Of a DNA stretch of 58,947 bases, positions 1 to 8,046 are shown in pieces. The first letter of the stretch is position 1, and every line of letters starts with the position of its first letter. This DNA is from a virus. The stretch covers positions 1-58,947 of the IMG/VR virus record IMGVR_UViG_3300045988_154888. One strand, written 5' to 3'. Under the pieces are notes generated by a model that was given only the letters and a program-made list of their open reading frames with translations, did no database searches and was not told the origin of the DNA. Made by a program: the position numbers and the translations under genes.

Positions 1-56
1 ATACTACTCGTGCGTATAGCTGTCAATACAAAAAATACGAAATTTTGAACTTTTTA

Positions 57-93
57 CAAAAAAATTCGCCGTAGCGAATTTGCTACGGCGAAT
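57..93 (-). terminator. Rho-independent terminator ending the late (lysis) operon
   Basis: 12-bp stem attcgccgtagc/gctacggcgaat (64-75 / 82-93), followed on the minus strand by a U-run (A-run 58-64 on plus). Lies just downstream of the holin stop. Confidence 0.8.
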
Positions 94-97
94 CAGC

Positions 98-592
98 TTA
101 TTCAGGTTTCTTTTCAAGAGCGTTTTCAGCCTGTTTGCCATCTTCCAGCGAAAATCCATACTCAATGGCATCAAGCACTTTGTCGTTCATTTCTTTGACA
201 GCCGCTTCGATGAGGTCAACGTCTACCTCGTACCCAGCCGCAAGCAAGGCATCTTTAACATACTGCATTTTTTCAGAGCCTTTGCCAGCGCCAATGACCT
301 GTTCGGCGGCCTCAACCAGTTTTACAATGACATTCCACATGGCGTTGCGCTGTTCCGTGGTCGTTTTTTCTTCCAGCCACTTTTTCAAGGGAGGAACGAC
401 TTTCTTTCCAAGCCACGCGAGCAGGAAGTTGAAAATCAGACCGATGATAGCCACCACGATGCCAGTAAGATTGATGGTGACAGGCTGTACGGGGGGAACA
501 TGCGCAGCTTCCTCCGCGAAACCGACGAGGGGAAAAGCAGCGACGGTGAGAATCATCAGGGCAGCGAGAACCAGAGCAAAAAACTTCTTCAT
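98..592 (-). CDS. Holin (LL-H-like)
   Basis: 164 aa. N-terminal TM MKKFFALVLAALMILTVAAF and second TM GIVVAIIGLIFNFLLAWL, with a helical C-terminal part resembling LL-H holins. Last gene of the lysis cassette. Confidence 0.65.
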   Translation of the reverse strand: MKKFFALVLAALMILTVAAFPLVGFAEEAAHVPPVQPVTINLTGIVVAIIGLIFNFLLAWLGKKVVPPLKKWLEEKTTTEQRNAMWNVIVKLVEAAEQVIGAGKGSEKMQYVKDALLAAGYEVDVDLIEAAVKEMNDKVLDAIEYGFSLEDGKQAENALEKKPE

Positions 593-611
593 GATATGTT
601 CCTTTCCGGCC

Positions 612-962
612 TTATTTCAGGCCAATGTGAGTAAGTACGAAGGTGATGATGGCAGTGATGACCGCAGTTACGATGACGCTCGTAACGCCGTCCATCCGTT
701 TTGCGGGCTTGGTCTTGATTTCCTCCACATCATCAGACAGCGCATCAACCTTCTTTTCCGTCTGCTTCTGCGAAGATGCAAGCAGCTCGACGGAGGTAGC
801 GAGTTTGTGAACGGATTCTGTGAGCTTCGCGTTTTCATCAAGGCGATTAAAAATCGTCTTGATTTGCTCGCTCTGACGAGCAAGCGCTTCACGAATGAGC
901 TGCAAGGTTTCGTTATCAGTCGGCACTGGGTTCCACGTCCTTTCATTTCGCCCGTATCGCAA
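612..962 (-). CDS. xhlA: XhlA-like lysis/hemolysin-family membrane protein
   Basis: 116 aa. Coiled-coil N-terminal part and a single C-terminal TM (VIVTAVITAIITFVLTHIGL). Positioned between endolysin and holin. Confidence 0.5.
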   Translation of the reverse strand: MRYGRNERTWNPVPTDNETLQLIREALARQSEQIKTIFNRLDENAKLTESVHKLATSVELLASSQKQTEKKVDALSDDVEEIKTKPAKRMDGVTSVIVTAVITAIITFVLTHIGLK

Positions 963-990
963 CGGGCGGAATGCCCGTTTTTGACGGCGG

Positions 991-2562
991 TTAATCCTTG
1001 GAGATAATCACGCTATCGACCGCAGCAAGCGTACCTCCATATGCCAGTTGAACGGATTTCAAGGTTTCCTCAGCTCCTTCAATGATGAGGACATAGGCTG
1101 GCTTGCCGCCATCGTCAGGCGTGTCCGCGCCGTCATCAGGCTTCTTATCGTCGCCGGGCGTTTGCGCATCCAGCAGGGCTTTATAAGCCGAGGAATCGAA
1201 AACGCCGGTCGCATTCAGCGCGGCTTTCTCCTGCAAAGCCTTGACGGCAGCCTGTGTTTTGCTGCCGAATTTCCCATCAACGCCATTCTTTGCCTTGCCA
1301 TACGAGCCAAGGTCGTAGCCAAGCCAGACAAGGGCAGTTTGCAGTGCTGATACGTCATCGCCCTCATCGCCCTTCTGCAAGGTGCGGTCGCCAAGCTTAT
1401 AGGTCGGAATTTCCACGCTTCCGCTGACATAGGAAAGCATAGAAGCGGGGAGCTTGCCCCAGTTCGTCCAGCTTCCCTCAGTAACCTTGCGCTTTACGCA
1501 GTCCTTGACAAAGCCCTGCATTTCTACCGTATAGCCATTGCCGACATATACGCCGATATGGCCTGACTTCCATACGATGATGCCAGGAATGTCGGGAATC
1601 GTACCGATGGGGCCATTCTCTTTGCAGAGGCTGTACATGCCGTTGGCGCTTTTGTCCGGGCAGCCGTTCGCGCCGTACTTATTCGCACCGTCGAGCGAGC
1701 CGCTTTTCCAGAAAAAAGCCTTGATAATCCCAACGCAATCGGCACACATACAGCCGCCAGCAATATCCTTCTTATAGCCAGCTTCGCGGGCGCTGGTATA
1801 ATGGGCTGGATACTGCTTTTTCTTCGAATTGAACAGGCTCGTGGAGCATTTATAGCCGCACGTCCCGTACCAGTACACCCATTTTGCCGCATAAACTGCA
1901 AGGCAAAATTCAGCGAATTGAACATTGGTGAGCATCTTTTCATCGCCCCTTTCTTCCGGCGCTTTTTCGGTGAAATAGCCCAATGGCTTACGGCCAGTCA
2001 ACACATTGAGGTCAACGTTGCCTTTTATGCCGGCAAGACGGCCTTTGCTGGTATACTGCCAGATGTCATGCAGCCACTTGGGTTTTGCAGAATCGGCCGG
2101 TATTGCTCCATCATTTTTGCCCCAGTGCGGAATCCACATGATGTCGCACATACCGATGGCCGCCCCCGCCCACTTGTAGCGGGTGTTGATGTACAGGCCA
2201 ATCTTCGCGCAGCCGAGCTTTCGCAGTTCATCAAGGAACGCGACGCAAACCGGCTCTGTGGTCGTCTGCGTCTGAGCCTCATACTCAATATCGGCAACGA
2301 AAAAAGACGGCTGCTTTGCCGCCTTTTTCACACAGGACACGAAGAACCGAGCTTCTCTGCGAGCATCCTCAGCCGTTCCCGCCTTGACGTAGTGGTAAGC
2401 TCCGAACGGAACGCCATTCCGAACGCATCCATCGACATTACGCAGGTATTTGGTGTCCATGCTGTCCAGCCCGCAGGATGCTCTCAGGATGACAAATTCC
2501 AGTTCTTTGGAAGCCGTTTCCCAATCCACATTGCCCTGCCATTTGCTTATATCAGCAATCAT
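991..2562 (-). CDS. Multidomain endolysin (GH25 muramidase + NlpC/P60-like + PG-binding domain)
   Basis: N-terminal DISKWQGNVDW...FVILRAS (GH25-like). Central Cys/His pair CADCVG...GHIGVYVGNG (NlpC/P60-like). C-terminal VSALQTALVWLGYDLG...DGKFGSKT (PG_binding_1-like). Confidence 0.8.
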   Translation of the reverse strand: MIADISKWQGNVDWETASKELEFVILRASCGLDSMDTKYLRNVDGCVRNGVPFGAYHYVKAGTAEDARREARFFVSCVKKAAKQPSFFVADIEYEAQTQTTTEPVCVAFLDELRKLGCAKIGLYINTRYKWAGAAIGMCDIMWIPHWGKNDGAIPADSAKPKWLHDIWQYTSKGRLAGIKGNVDLNVLTGRKPLGYFTEKAPEERGDEKMLTNVQFAEFCLAVYAAKWVYWYGTCGYKCSTSLFNSKKKQYPAHYTSAREAGYKKDIAGGCMCADCVGIIKAFFWKSGSLDGANKYGANGCPDKSANGMYSLCKENGPIGTIPDIPGIIVWKSGHIGVYVGNGYTVEMQGFVKDCVKRKVTEGSWTNWGKLPASMLSYVSGSVEIPTYKLGDRTLQKGDEGDDVSALQTALVWLGYDLGSYGKAKNGVDGKFGSKTQAAVKALQEKAALNATGVFDSSAYKALLDAQTPGDDKKPDDGADTPDDGGKPAYVLIIEGAEETLKSVQLAYGGTLAAVDSVIISKD

Positions 2563-2583
2563 ACTCTCGGTGAATCCCCCTCT

Positions 2584-2853
2584 CTAAAGGTCAATGATTT
2601 CTCCGCTTTCGCACCACGAATCGAAGCGGGCGCGAATATCTTCTTCCAGCCCTTCCCACGGAATTACGCCGCGAACAACACGGATGCGGATGTCATATTC
2701 CCGAACGCCTAAATCCGTATCGTATTCGCAAAGAACGGGGGATAGGTAAACATCAACCGTTCCGTCCGGCTGTTCATCAATGGCATAGAATTTTCGGTCT
2801 TGCTCCGTGGGGCGGTCTCGTGGGTTGTAATGATGCGTGACGTTATCTATCAT
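2584..2853 (-). CDS. Hypothetical protein
   Basis: 89-aa ORF, same strand, 4-nt overlap with the upstream ORF. No recognisable motif. Confidence 0.4.
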   Translation of the reverse strand: MIDNVTHHYNPRDRPTEQDRKFYAIDEQPDGTVDVYLSPVLCEYDTDLGVREYDIRIRVVRGVIPWEGLEEDIRARFDSWCESGEIIDL

Positions 2854-3254
2854 TCTTCAGCACCAGCACTTCCCTTTTCAGCGGCAGGGCTCACAGGCCA
2901 CTGAATATCGAAGGGGAATCCTTCCTGCTTCGGCAGGTCGCGCAACGCCTGTCTGTATATCGCCCAATCGCCCGTAAGCGCCTCGCCAAGCGTGTGAAGG
3001 AAGCTCAGCCATGCGGTAAACGATGTGCCTGACGGAACAGTAAGCCCAAGCCTGTCAAGCGCGACTTCCGCATCGCTATCCCTAAGAAGCCGGTTTCGAA
3101 TCGTCCGCGCAATTTCAGCCGCAGTTTCCGCGTCTCCGTTGGCAATCGCCGTCCCAAGCGCCTGTTCTTGCATCTCCGGCAGTTCCGCAAGCTGCTTATT
3201 GGTCATGGCTTCCGCTCGTGCAATCCTTTTCTGCCATCCGACTACAACATTCAT
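2850..3254 (-). CDS. Hypothetical protein, possibly tail-fibre assembly/chaperone-like
   Basis: 134 aa. Overlaps the RT stop by 4 nt. The segment IRNRLLRDSD resembles the Caudovirales tail-fibre assembly protein motif. This is weak evidence. Confidence 0.35.
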   Translation of the reverse strand: MNVVVGWQKRIARAEAMTNKQLAELPEMQEQALGTAIANGDAETAAEIARTIRNRLLRDSDAEVALDRLGLTVPSGTSFTAWLSFLHTLGEALTGDWAIYRQALRDLPKQEGFPFDIQWPVSPAAEKGSAGAEE

Positions 3255-4342
3255 TTTTTCAATACCTCCCGAATCAATTTGTTGAGATAGGCTTCCATCT
3301 GAATAACAATGCCGTGCGTATTTCCACGCTCTGCATTGGCTTTCCAGCTTTGAAAATTTGTGCGCATATCATCCAGCGTGCATTTACCGTCAAGCACCCT
3401 CCGCTGGAGCTTTTTCAGCTTCCGGCGCTCTTTGGCAATGGATTGCTTGCTCATCCGGCGAACCACTTTACCGCTGCCGGTAAGGATGAAACGCCATTTG
3501 AGGAACATCACGCCCTGCTTGAGCGGATGGATATGCGTTTTTGCGTTCAGCGTAAGGCCAAGCCGCGCAAGCCTCTCCGTAATTTGCCGCAAACATTCTT
3601 CCAGAAATGCCTTGTCGCTGTGAATGAGGATGAAATCGTCCATATAGCGGATGTAATACTTTACGCCAAGGCGTTCCTTCACCCAATGGTCGAAGTCATC
3701 CAGCAAGGCCAGCTCCACAAGCTGTGAAACCTGACTGCCAAGGCCAATGCCTTTATCGCCGCCAAAACTGTCAATGATTTCTGCCGCACGGCGATATGCC
3801 TCATCATCTGGCACGCGCTTACGCACGGCAGCCTTTGCGTCCTCATGCCGGGTTTCGGCGAAGTAGTGATGGATGTCGCATTTCAGCACCCAGCCATTGG
3901 GGCCATGGTGGCGATAGTAGCGGTGCAGGTGCGTATCCATCCTGTTGAGCGCATCATCAACACCCTTCCCGCGCTGGCAAGCACAGTTGTCGCGTAAAAA
4001 GCTGCGCGTAATCTGCGGATAAAGGATGTTATCGCACAAGCTGCGTTGAAACTGCCTGTCTTTAATGCGTGTAGCGACAATTTCACGTTCCTTCGGCTCG
4101 TGAATCGTGAAATGTTGGTAGGCATCAATGGCGTATTTATCTGCCAGCAAACTGCGACGCAGCTTATAGGTGTTTTTCAGCGCATTGGCATGGTAAGTAG
4201 CGACGCTATCCTTCCATTTCACATTGCGGCTGCTCTTGCACAGGCCCTTATACAATTCGCCGAACGATATTGCGCTTTCGTACTCTTGTCCCATAAAAAG
4301 AACCGGCGTGGATAGCAGTAACAGCTCGAATGCTGACTGCAT
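3251..4342 (-). CDS. DGR reverse transcriptase
   Basis: 363 aa. Has the RT motifs, including the DGR-typical LGSQVSQL ([ILV]GxxxSQ) and the catalytic YMDD. Sits immediately downstream of the TR and avd. Confidence 0.9.
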   Translation of the reverse strand: MQSAFELLLLSTPVLFMGQEYESAISFGELYKGLCKSSRNVKWKDSVATYHANALKNTYKLRRSLLADKYAIDAYQHFTIHEPKEREIVATRIKDRQFQRSLCDNILYPQITRSFLRDNCACQRGKGVDDALNRMDTHLHRYYRHHGPNGWVLKCDIHHYFAETRHEDAKAAVRKRVPDDEAYRRAAEIIDSFGGDKGIGLGSQVSQLVELALLDDFDHWVKERLGVKYYIRYMDDFILIHSDKAFLEECLRQITERLARLGLTLNAKTHIHPLKQGVMFLKWRFILTGSGKVVRRMSKQSIAKERRKLKKLQRRVLDGKCTLDDMRTNFQSWKANAERGNTHGIVIQMEAYLNKLIREVLKK

Positions 4343-4410
4343 CGCCGGTATGTGTTCCCCCTTTCAAGCCGGGGAAGGTCGAACGCTCCTTGTGTGAGCG
4401 CACGGATTTC

Positions 4411-4435
4411 GGCGGCAGGGATTTCCCCTGCCGCC
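4411..4435 (-). other. 10-bp GC-rich hairpin in the TR-RT spacer (candidate structural part of the DGR RNA)
   Basis: ggcggcaggg-atttc-ccctgccgcc is a perfect inverted repeat with no U-run. Lies between the TR and the RT start. Confidence 0.6.
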
Positions 4436-4460
4436 TACTTTAAGCTGGCATTCTCACAAT

Positions 4461-4569
4461 CTGCGGCCGCGCCGTTACCGTTCGACGCATTGTTGTTGTT
4501 CAACGAGCCGTCCGGGTTGACGTTGCGCACGTTGTTCGCGTTCCACGGGTTGGGCGAGCGCATCCACCA
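4461..4569 (-). repeat. DGR template repeat (TR)
   Basis: 109 nt, non-coding, between avd and RT. Aligns without gaps to 5148-5256 and 35070-35175. The coding-strand reading is AAC-rich (WWMRSPNPWNANNVRNVNPDGSLNNNNASNGNGAAAA). Confidence 0.9.
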
Positions 4570-4605
4570 CGAGGCAGAATAGCTTACAGCGTTCGGCCTT
4601 ATGAT

Positions 4606-5070
4606 TCAATCACCCTGCGCGGGTGCGGAACCATCCATGACGGCGGCGGTTCTTCCTTCTCCAATGGATTTATAGCGTTCTCGGTCGCTCTTGCGCCAGC
4701 CTTTGAGCTTGTCCTCTACTTCAAGGATGAGGCCAGTCCAATATTCTACACGGTCAGATTCGATGCCCAATTCCGTATAGGCGATGTCAATCAAAGACAG
4801 CAACGCTTCTGCGTGGGAAAAGGCTTCGACCTGCTGACTGCGCCGGTAGGCATAGTCCTCCGGCTCAACAACCCTCACGGCGTTTGCCCTGCGAATGCAG
4901 GTCATAACGGCAAGCGCTTCGTTGACAATGGGCTGCGTGAGAATCCATCTATCGCGCTTTGGAAAGTTTTTCTCATTTTTGCAAATGGTGATGGTGTATG
5001 CGCACATTTCCCGCACCTTCGGCAGAATTTCAAACTTTCCGGGCTGACGCTTTGCTTTAATGACGCTCAT
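4606..5070 (-). CDS. avd: DGR accessory variability determinant (Avd, four-helix-bundle protein)
   Basis: About 154 aa, basic, with FPKRDRWILTQPIVNEAL... resembling the Avd / 23S-rRNA-IVS protein family. Located between the target gene and the TR. An alternative start at 5088 is possible. Confidence 0.75.
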   Translation of the reverse strand: MSVIKAKRQPGKFEILPKVREMCAYTITICKNEKNFPKRDRWILTQPIVNEALAVMTCIRRANAVRVVEPEDYAYRRSQQVEAFSHAEALLSLIDIAYTELGIESDRVEYWTGLILEVEDKLKGWRKSDRERYKSIGEGRTAAVMDGSAPAQGD

Positions 5071-5095
5071 AGAACTGCCTTTCTGCATTCAAAGC

Positions 5096-5124
5096 ACATC
5101 CGCGCCCTGAACGGGCACGGATGT
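5096..5124 (-). promoter_or_regulatory. GC-rich hairpin 3' of VR1 (DGR target-recognition cruciform candidate)
   Basis: acatccgcgccc / gggcacggatgt stem with 1 mismatch and a 5-nt loop. Starts about 24 nt beyond the VR1/IMH end. Confidence 0.6.
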
Positions 5125-5130
5125 TATGGA

Positions 5131-6342
5131 TTAGTAGATTACGCAAGCTGCGGCCGCGCCGTAACCGTTCGACGCAGTGCCGTAGTACAAAGAGCCGTCC
5201 GGGGTGACGATGCGCACGTTGCTCGCGTCCCACGGGCTGGGCGAGCGCATCCACCAATATCGTGCGGTAGACGGGCTGTCAACATCGTATTTAATGCGGT
5301 CAACCTGCGTCGCGCCATCGTAGAACGGAAGCACGGTTCCCTCTGCGATGGTATCGTTCTTGCCAAGGCCAAGCTCGGTCATACTGAGCAGGAATACCTT
5401 GTCGCGGGTGGTGTAGCTGCCGCCCAGCGTGTCGCTCGTTTCATAGACCGTATTTCTCGCGGTTACGATGTCCACCTCACCAAGCGCGGCGGCAAAGTCC
5501 GGGTCGATGCCGTTAAGGAAACCAGCGACGCTGGCATAGCTCGGGGCCATGTCGAAGATGGTCTGCCGCTGCCACCAGCCGCTTGCAGCGTCGCTGTTGA
5601 GCCATTGCCGGATAGCGCTTTCCTGCCAGTTGTTGCTTCCATAGGCACGGCGCATAATGGAATTGAAGCGGCCAACCGTGTGGACACAATCTGCCTTTGC
5701 GTTGCTGGCCGTGCCAAGGCTCGTACCGCCGCTTGCGGCAGTAACGACAATGCCGGTTTCAAGCACGCTGCCGTCCGCATTGTAGGTCGTGATGGTCGCG
5801 CCGGTAATATTGGCAACCTTGTAATCCGCTGCGTTGGCGTACCACGCTCCGACCTTCGGATGCGTCCAGCCGCCGCCAGCAGGGATAGGCTGCGCAATCG
5901 TAAACTGGTACGTGCCGTCCTCGTAGGTCTGACCGCTGTTGCTGCCCTTATACAAGGTGAAGTTATAGGTTCCAGCGGCCAAAGCGCTGTCGCTGTTATT
6001 TACCCAGAGCAACTCGCTGGCATCCACCTGACGACCGTAGATGACATCGTGCATCAGCAGCGTCATGGTGTGAGCAGTCAGGTCGTTCGGGTTTTTGTGC
6101 ACATCATGTGCAACGACATCAAACAGCAGGCTGCCGCCGCCATACGCCGTATGAGGCACGGAAAACTGTGTGCCAACGGGGAAATAGCGTTTGCCGCCGC
6201 CGCCCTTCACAATCTCCTGCACAGCCGCAAAGCTGTCGATGTTCCAGCCGCTTGCAAGCACCTTTACGAGCGAATTTTGCACTTTCAGCTCGTCAAGAAT
6301 CTGCTGCTGCGTACCCTCGGTGAAAATATTCAGGTCAGACAT
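5131..6342 (-). CDS. DGR variable protein 1 (C-type-lectin-fold, tail-fibre-associated receptor-binding candidate)
   Basis: Start chosen at ATG 6342 (GGAGG at 6351-6355), just after the upstream stop at 6347. The C-terminus WWMRSPSPWDASNVRIVTPDGSLYYGTASNGYGAAAACVIY carries VR1. Confidence 0.85.
   Translation of the reverse strand: MSDLNIFTEGTQQQILDELKVQNSLVKVLASGWNIDSFAAVQEIVKGGGGKRYFPVGTQFSVPHTAYGGGSLLFDVVAHDVHKNPNDLTAHTMTLLMHDVIYGRQVDASELLWVNNSDSALAAGTYNFTLYKGSNSGQTYEDGTYQFTIAQPIPAGGGWTHPKVGAWYANAADYKVANITGATITTYNADGSVLETGIVVTAASGGTSLGTASNAKADCVHTVGRFNSIMRRAYGSNNWQESAIRQWLNSDAASGWWQRQTIFDMAPSYASVAGFLNGIDPDFAAALGEVDIVTARNTVYETSDTLGGSYTTRDKVFLLSMTELGLGKNDTIAEGTVLPFYDGATQVDRIKYDVDSPSTARYWWMRSPSPWDASNVRIVTPDGSLYYGTASNGYGAAAACVIY
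5148..5256 (-). repeat. DGR variable repeat 1 (VR1)
   Basis: 109 nt aligned to the TR with 13 mismatches. 12 of them are at TR adenines on the coding strand (T on the plus strand). Confidence 0.9.
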
Positions 6343-6346
6343 TGAT

Positions 6347-8029
6347 TTATCCCTCCGTTTGTGCTGTCTGTTCCATCCCTGCGATGGTGTGCAGGGATTC
6401 GTTAATAGACGCAAGCTCCTGTGCAATGAGATTCGCCAGCGTCTTGGTGGCGAAAGTCGAAGTGGCGGTGTCCGTTTCGTCATCCGGGTTGACGTAGCTG
6501 ATAATCAGTTCGTCATTCTCGCCGCGAGAAAAGCTGAATCCGTTCAGGCTGCCGCTGCCACCCATGCCGTTTTCGACAAGCTGATTGAGCAGGGCAAGCT
6601 CCTGCTGCATGACGGCGAGAATCTGCTGCGCGGTAGGCTCTTTGGCGATACTCTGCACAAAGCCCTCCACGGCTTCCTGCGCTTCCTGTGCGGCAGACGC
6701 GGAGTTGGAAGCGGCGCTGGCGCTGCCCTCGGCGCTGGTGGCGCTGGTAGTAGCGGAATTCACCGCAGATGTAAGCGCAGCCTGACGGATGTTCTCCGTC
6801 GCAACGCGGTTGCTTTCCGCAGCGGCGCGTGCCTGTTCAGCTTGCGAACGAGCAGTTTCCGCGATTTCGCGGTCGCTCTCTGCATTCACGCGGGCGGTTT
6901 CGTTGGAAACTCGCGTTTCCTCTGCCGTATCGCGGGAGGTTTCGGCGGAAATGCGGGAGTTTTCCTTGGAAACGCGCTCAGATTCATCCTCAATGCGCTT
7001 GGTTTCCGCTGACTTTCTGGCATTTTCGTTCGCAACACGTTCCGCTTCGGCTGCAATTCGGGATTCTTCGTTTGCCTCACGAACAGTTTCGTTGCCGTCC
7101 TGCGCTATTTTCTTCAAATCGGCAGACGCGGCCTGAACCGCTGCCAGAATATCCTTTGCCGTAGGCTCTTTGGCAATGGTTTCGACCATCGCTTCAACGT
7201 CATCCTGCACAGCTTCGGCGGCAGCGGCGGCAGTCTGAGCATCCGTTGCGTGCTGGGCGGCTTCGTTCGCACTCGTAGCGGCAGCAGCAGCTTTGCTGGA
7301 AGCAGCAGACGCAGAATTTCCAGCGCTTGTGGCGCTGGACGCTGCGCCGGTTGCACTGGTTCCGGCATTCGTTTCGGACTTTTTCGCCGCATCACGAGCG
7401 GCCTCGGCGGCAGTTTTGGCCGACGCTGCATCGCCAAGATTCTTGACGGCGGTATCTGCCTTTTCAGCCGCTGTGGAAGCATCTTCTGCGGCATCATTTG
7501 CGGCAGTAGCGGCGCTATTCGCGCTCTGCGTAGCCGTGTTCGCAGAAGCAATCGCCGCGTTGGCATCCTTTACAGCTTGCTGTGCCGCCGTGGCTGCGGC
7601 CTCGCAGTCCTCCACTCGGCCAAGCAGCTCGTCAATGCTGGGAATCGTCTGTCCAGGGTCAACATACTGATTCGGCAGCGGCTCACGCACTGTGAAAAAG
7701 GATTCACAAGCCGACATGACCTCGCCGTCCTTTGCGATTTTGAGCACGCCGCGTAGCTGACCGGCAATCGCATAGCATTCCTGCGACAAGGTAACGCTGG
7801 CAACGTTCCCGGAAACCTGTCCAACGAGATAAACCGCATTGCCGTCATCGCGGGCAAACCATGCGTTGACGGTGCAGCCGGTCAAATCGACTGGCTGGCC
7901 GTTGTTCCTGACCTCGATTTCCCAAACGTGCGCCTTGCCGTCACCGGGAATCATCAGTGCTTCCTGCCAGACGTTTACATCAGGGAAGCCGCGAACAAGG
8001 TCAACCGCCTGTTTGATAGTCCAATTCAA
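6347..8029 (-). CDS. Tail fibre / baseplate upper protein (BppU-like N-domain, long Ala/Glu-rich coiled coil)
   Basis: 560 aa. The N-terminal ~120 aa resemble BppU_N. The remainder is low-complexity helical repeats typical of fibre shafts. Confidence 0.6.
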   Translation of the reverse strand: MNWTIKQAVDLVRGFPDVNVWQEALMIPGDGKAHVWEIEVRNNGQPVDLTGCTVNAWFARDDGNAVYLVGQVSGNVASVTLSQECYAIAGQLRGVLKIAKDGEVMSACESFFTVREPLPNQYVDPGQTIPSIDELLGRVEDCEAAATAAQQAVKDANAAIASANTATQSANSAATAANDAAEDASTAAEKADTAVKNLGDAASAKTAAEAARDAAKKSETNAGTSATGAASSATSAGNSASAASSKAAAAATSANEAAQHATDAQTAAAAAEAVQDDVEAMVETIAKEPTAKDILAAVQAASADLKKIAQDGNETVREANEESRIAAEAERVANENARKSAETKRIEDESERVSKENSRISAETSRDTAEETRVSNETARVNAESDREIAETARSQAEQARAAAESNRVATENIRQAALTSAVNSATTSATSAEGSASAASNSASAAQEAQEAVEGFVQSIAKEPTAQQILAVMQQELALLNQLVENGMGGSGSLNGFSFSRGENDELIISYVNPDDETDTATSTFATKTLANLIAQELASINESLHTIAGMEQTAQTEG

Positions 8030-8046
8030 AATTCATCGCCTCCGTT

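Noticed and set aside
3251-4342. Whether the RT belongs to a retron, a group II intron or an abortive-infection RT.
   Set aside because: The [ILV]GxxxSQ motif, the adjacent Avd-like gene and a TR with two A-mutated VRs all indicate a DGR. There is no maturase/endonuclease domain, no intron RNA structure and no msr/msd-like repeats.
4813-6345. 510-aa plus-strand ORF covering avd and DGR target 1, along with many other long plus-strand ORFs (e.g. 14032-15240, 17682-18746, 35360-36424, 36957-38219, 42907-44376).
   Set aside because: They are antisense shadows of clearly coding minus-strand genes in GC-rich DNA. Their translations are low-complexity (Arg/Ala/Ser-rich), they lack RBSs, and they have no recognisable motifs.
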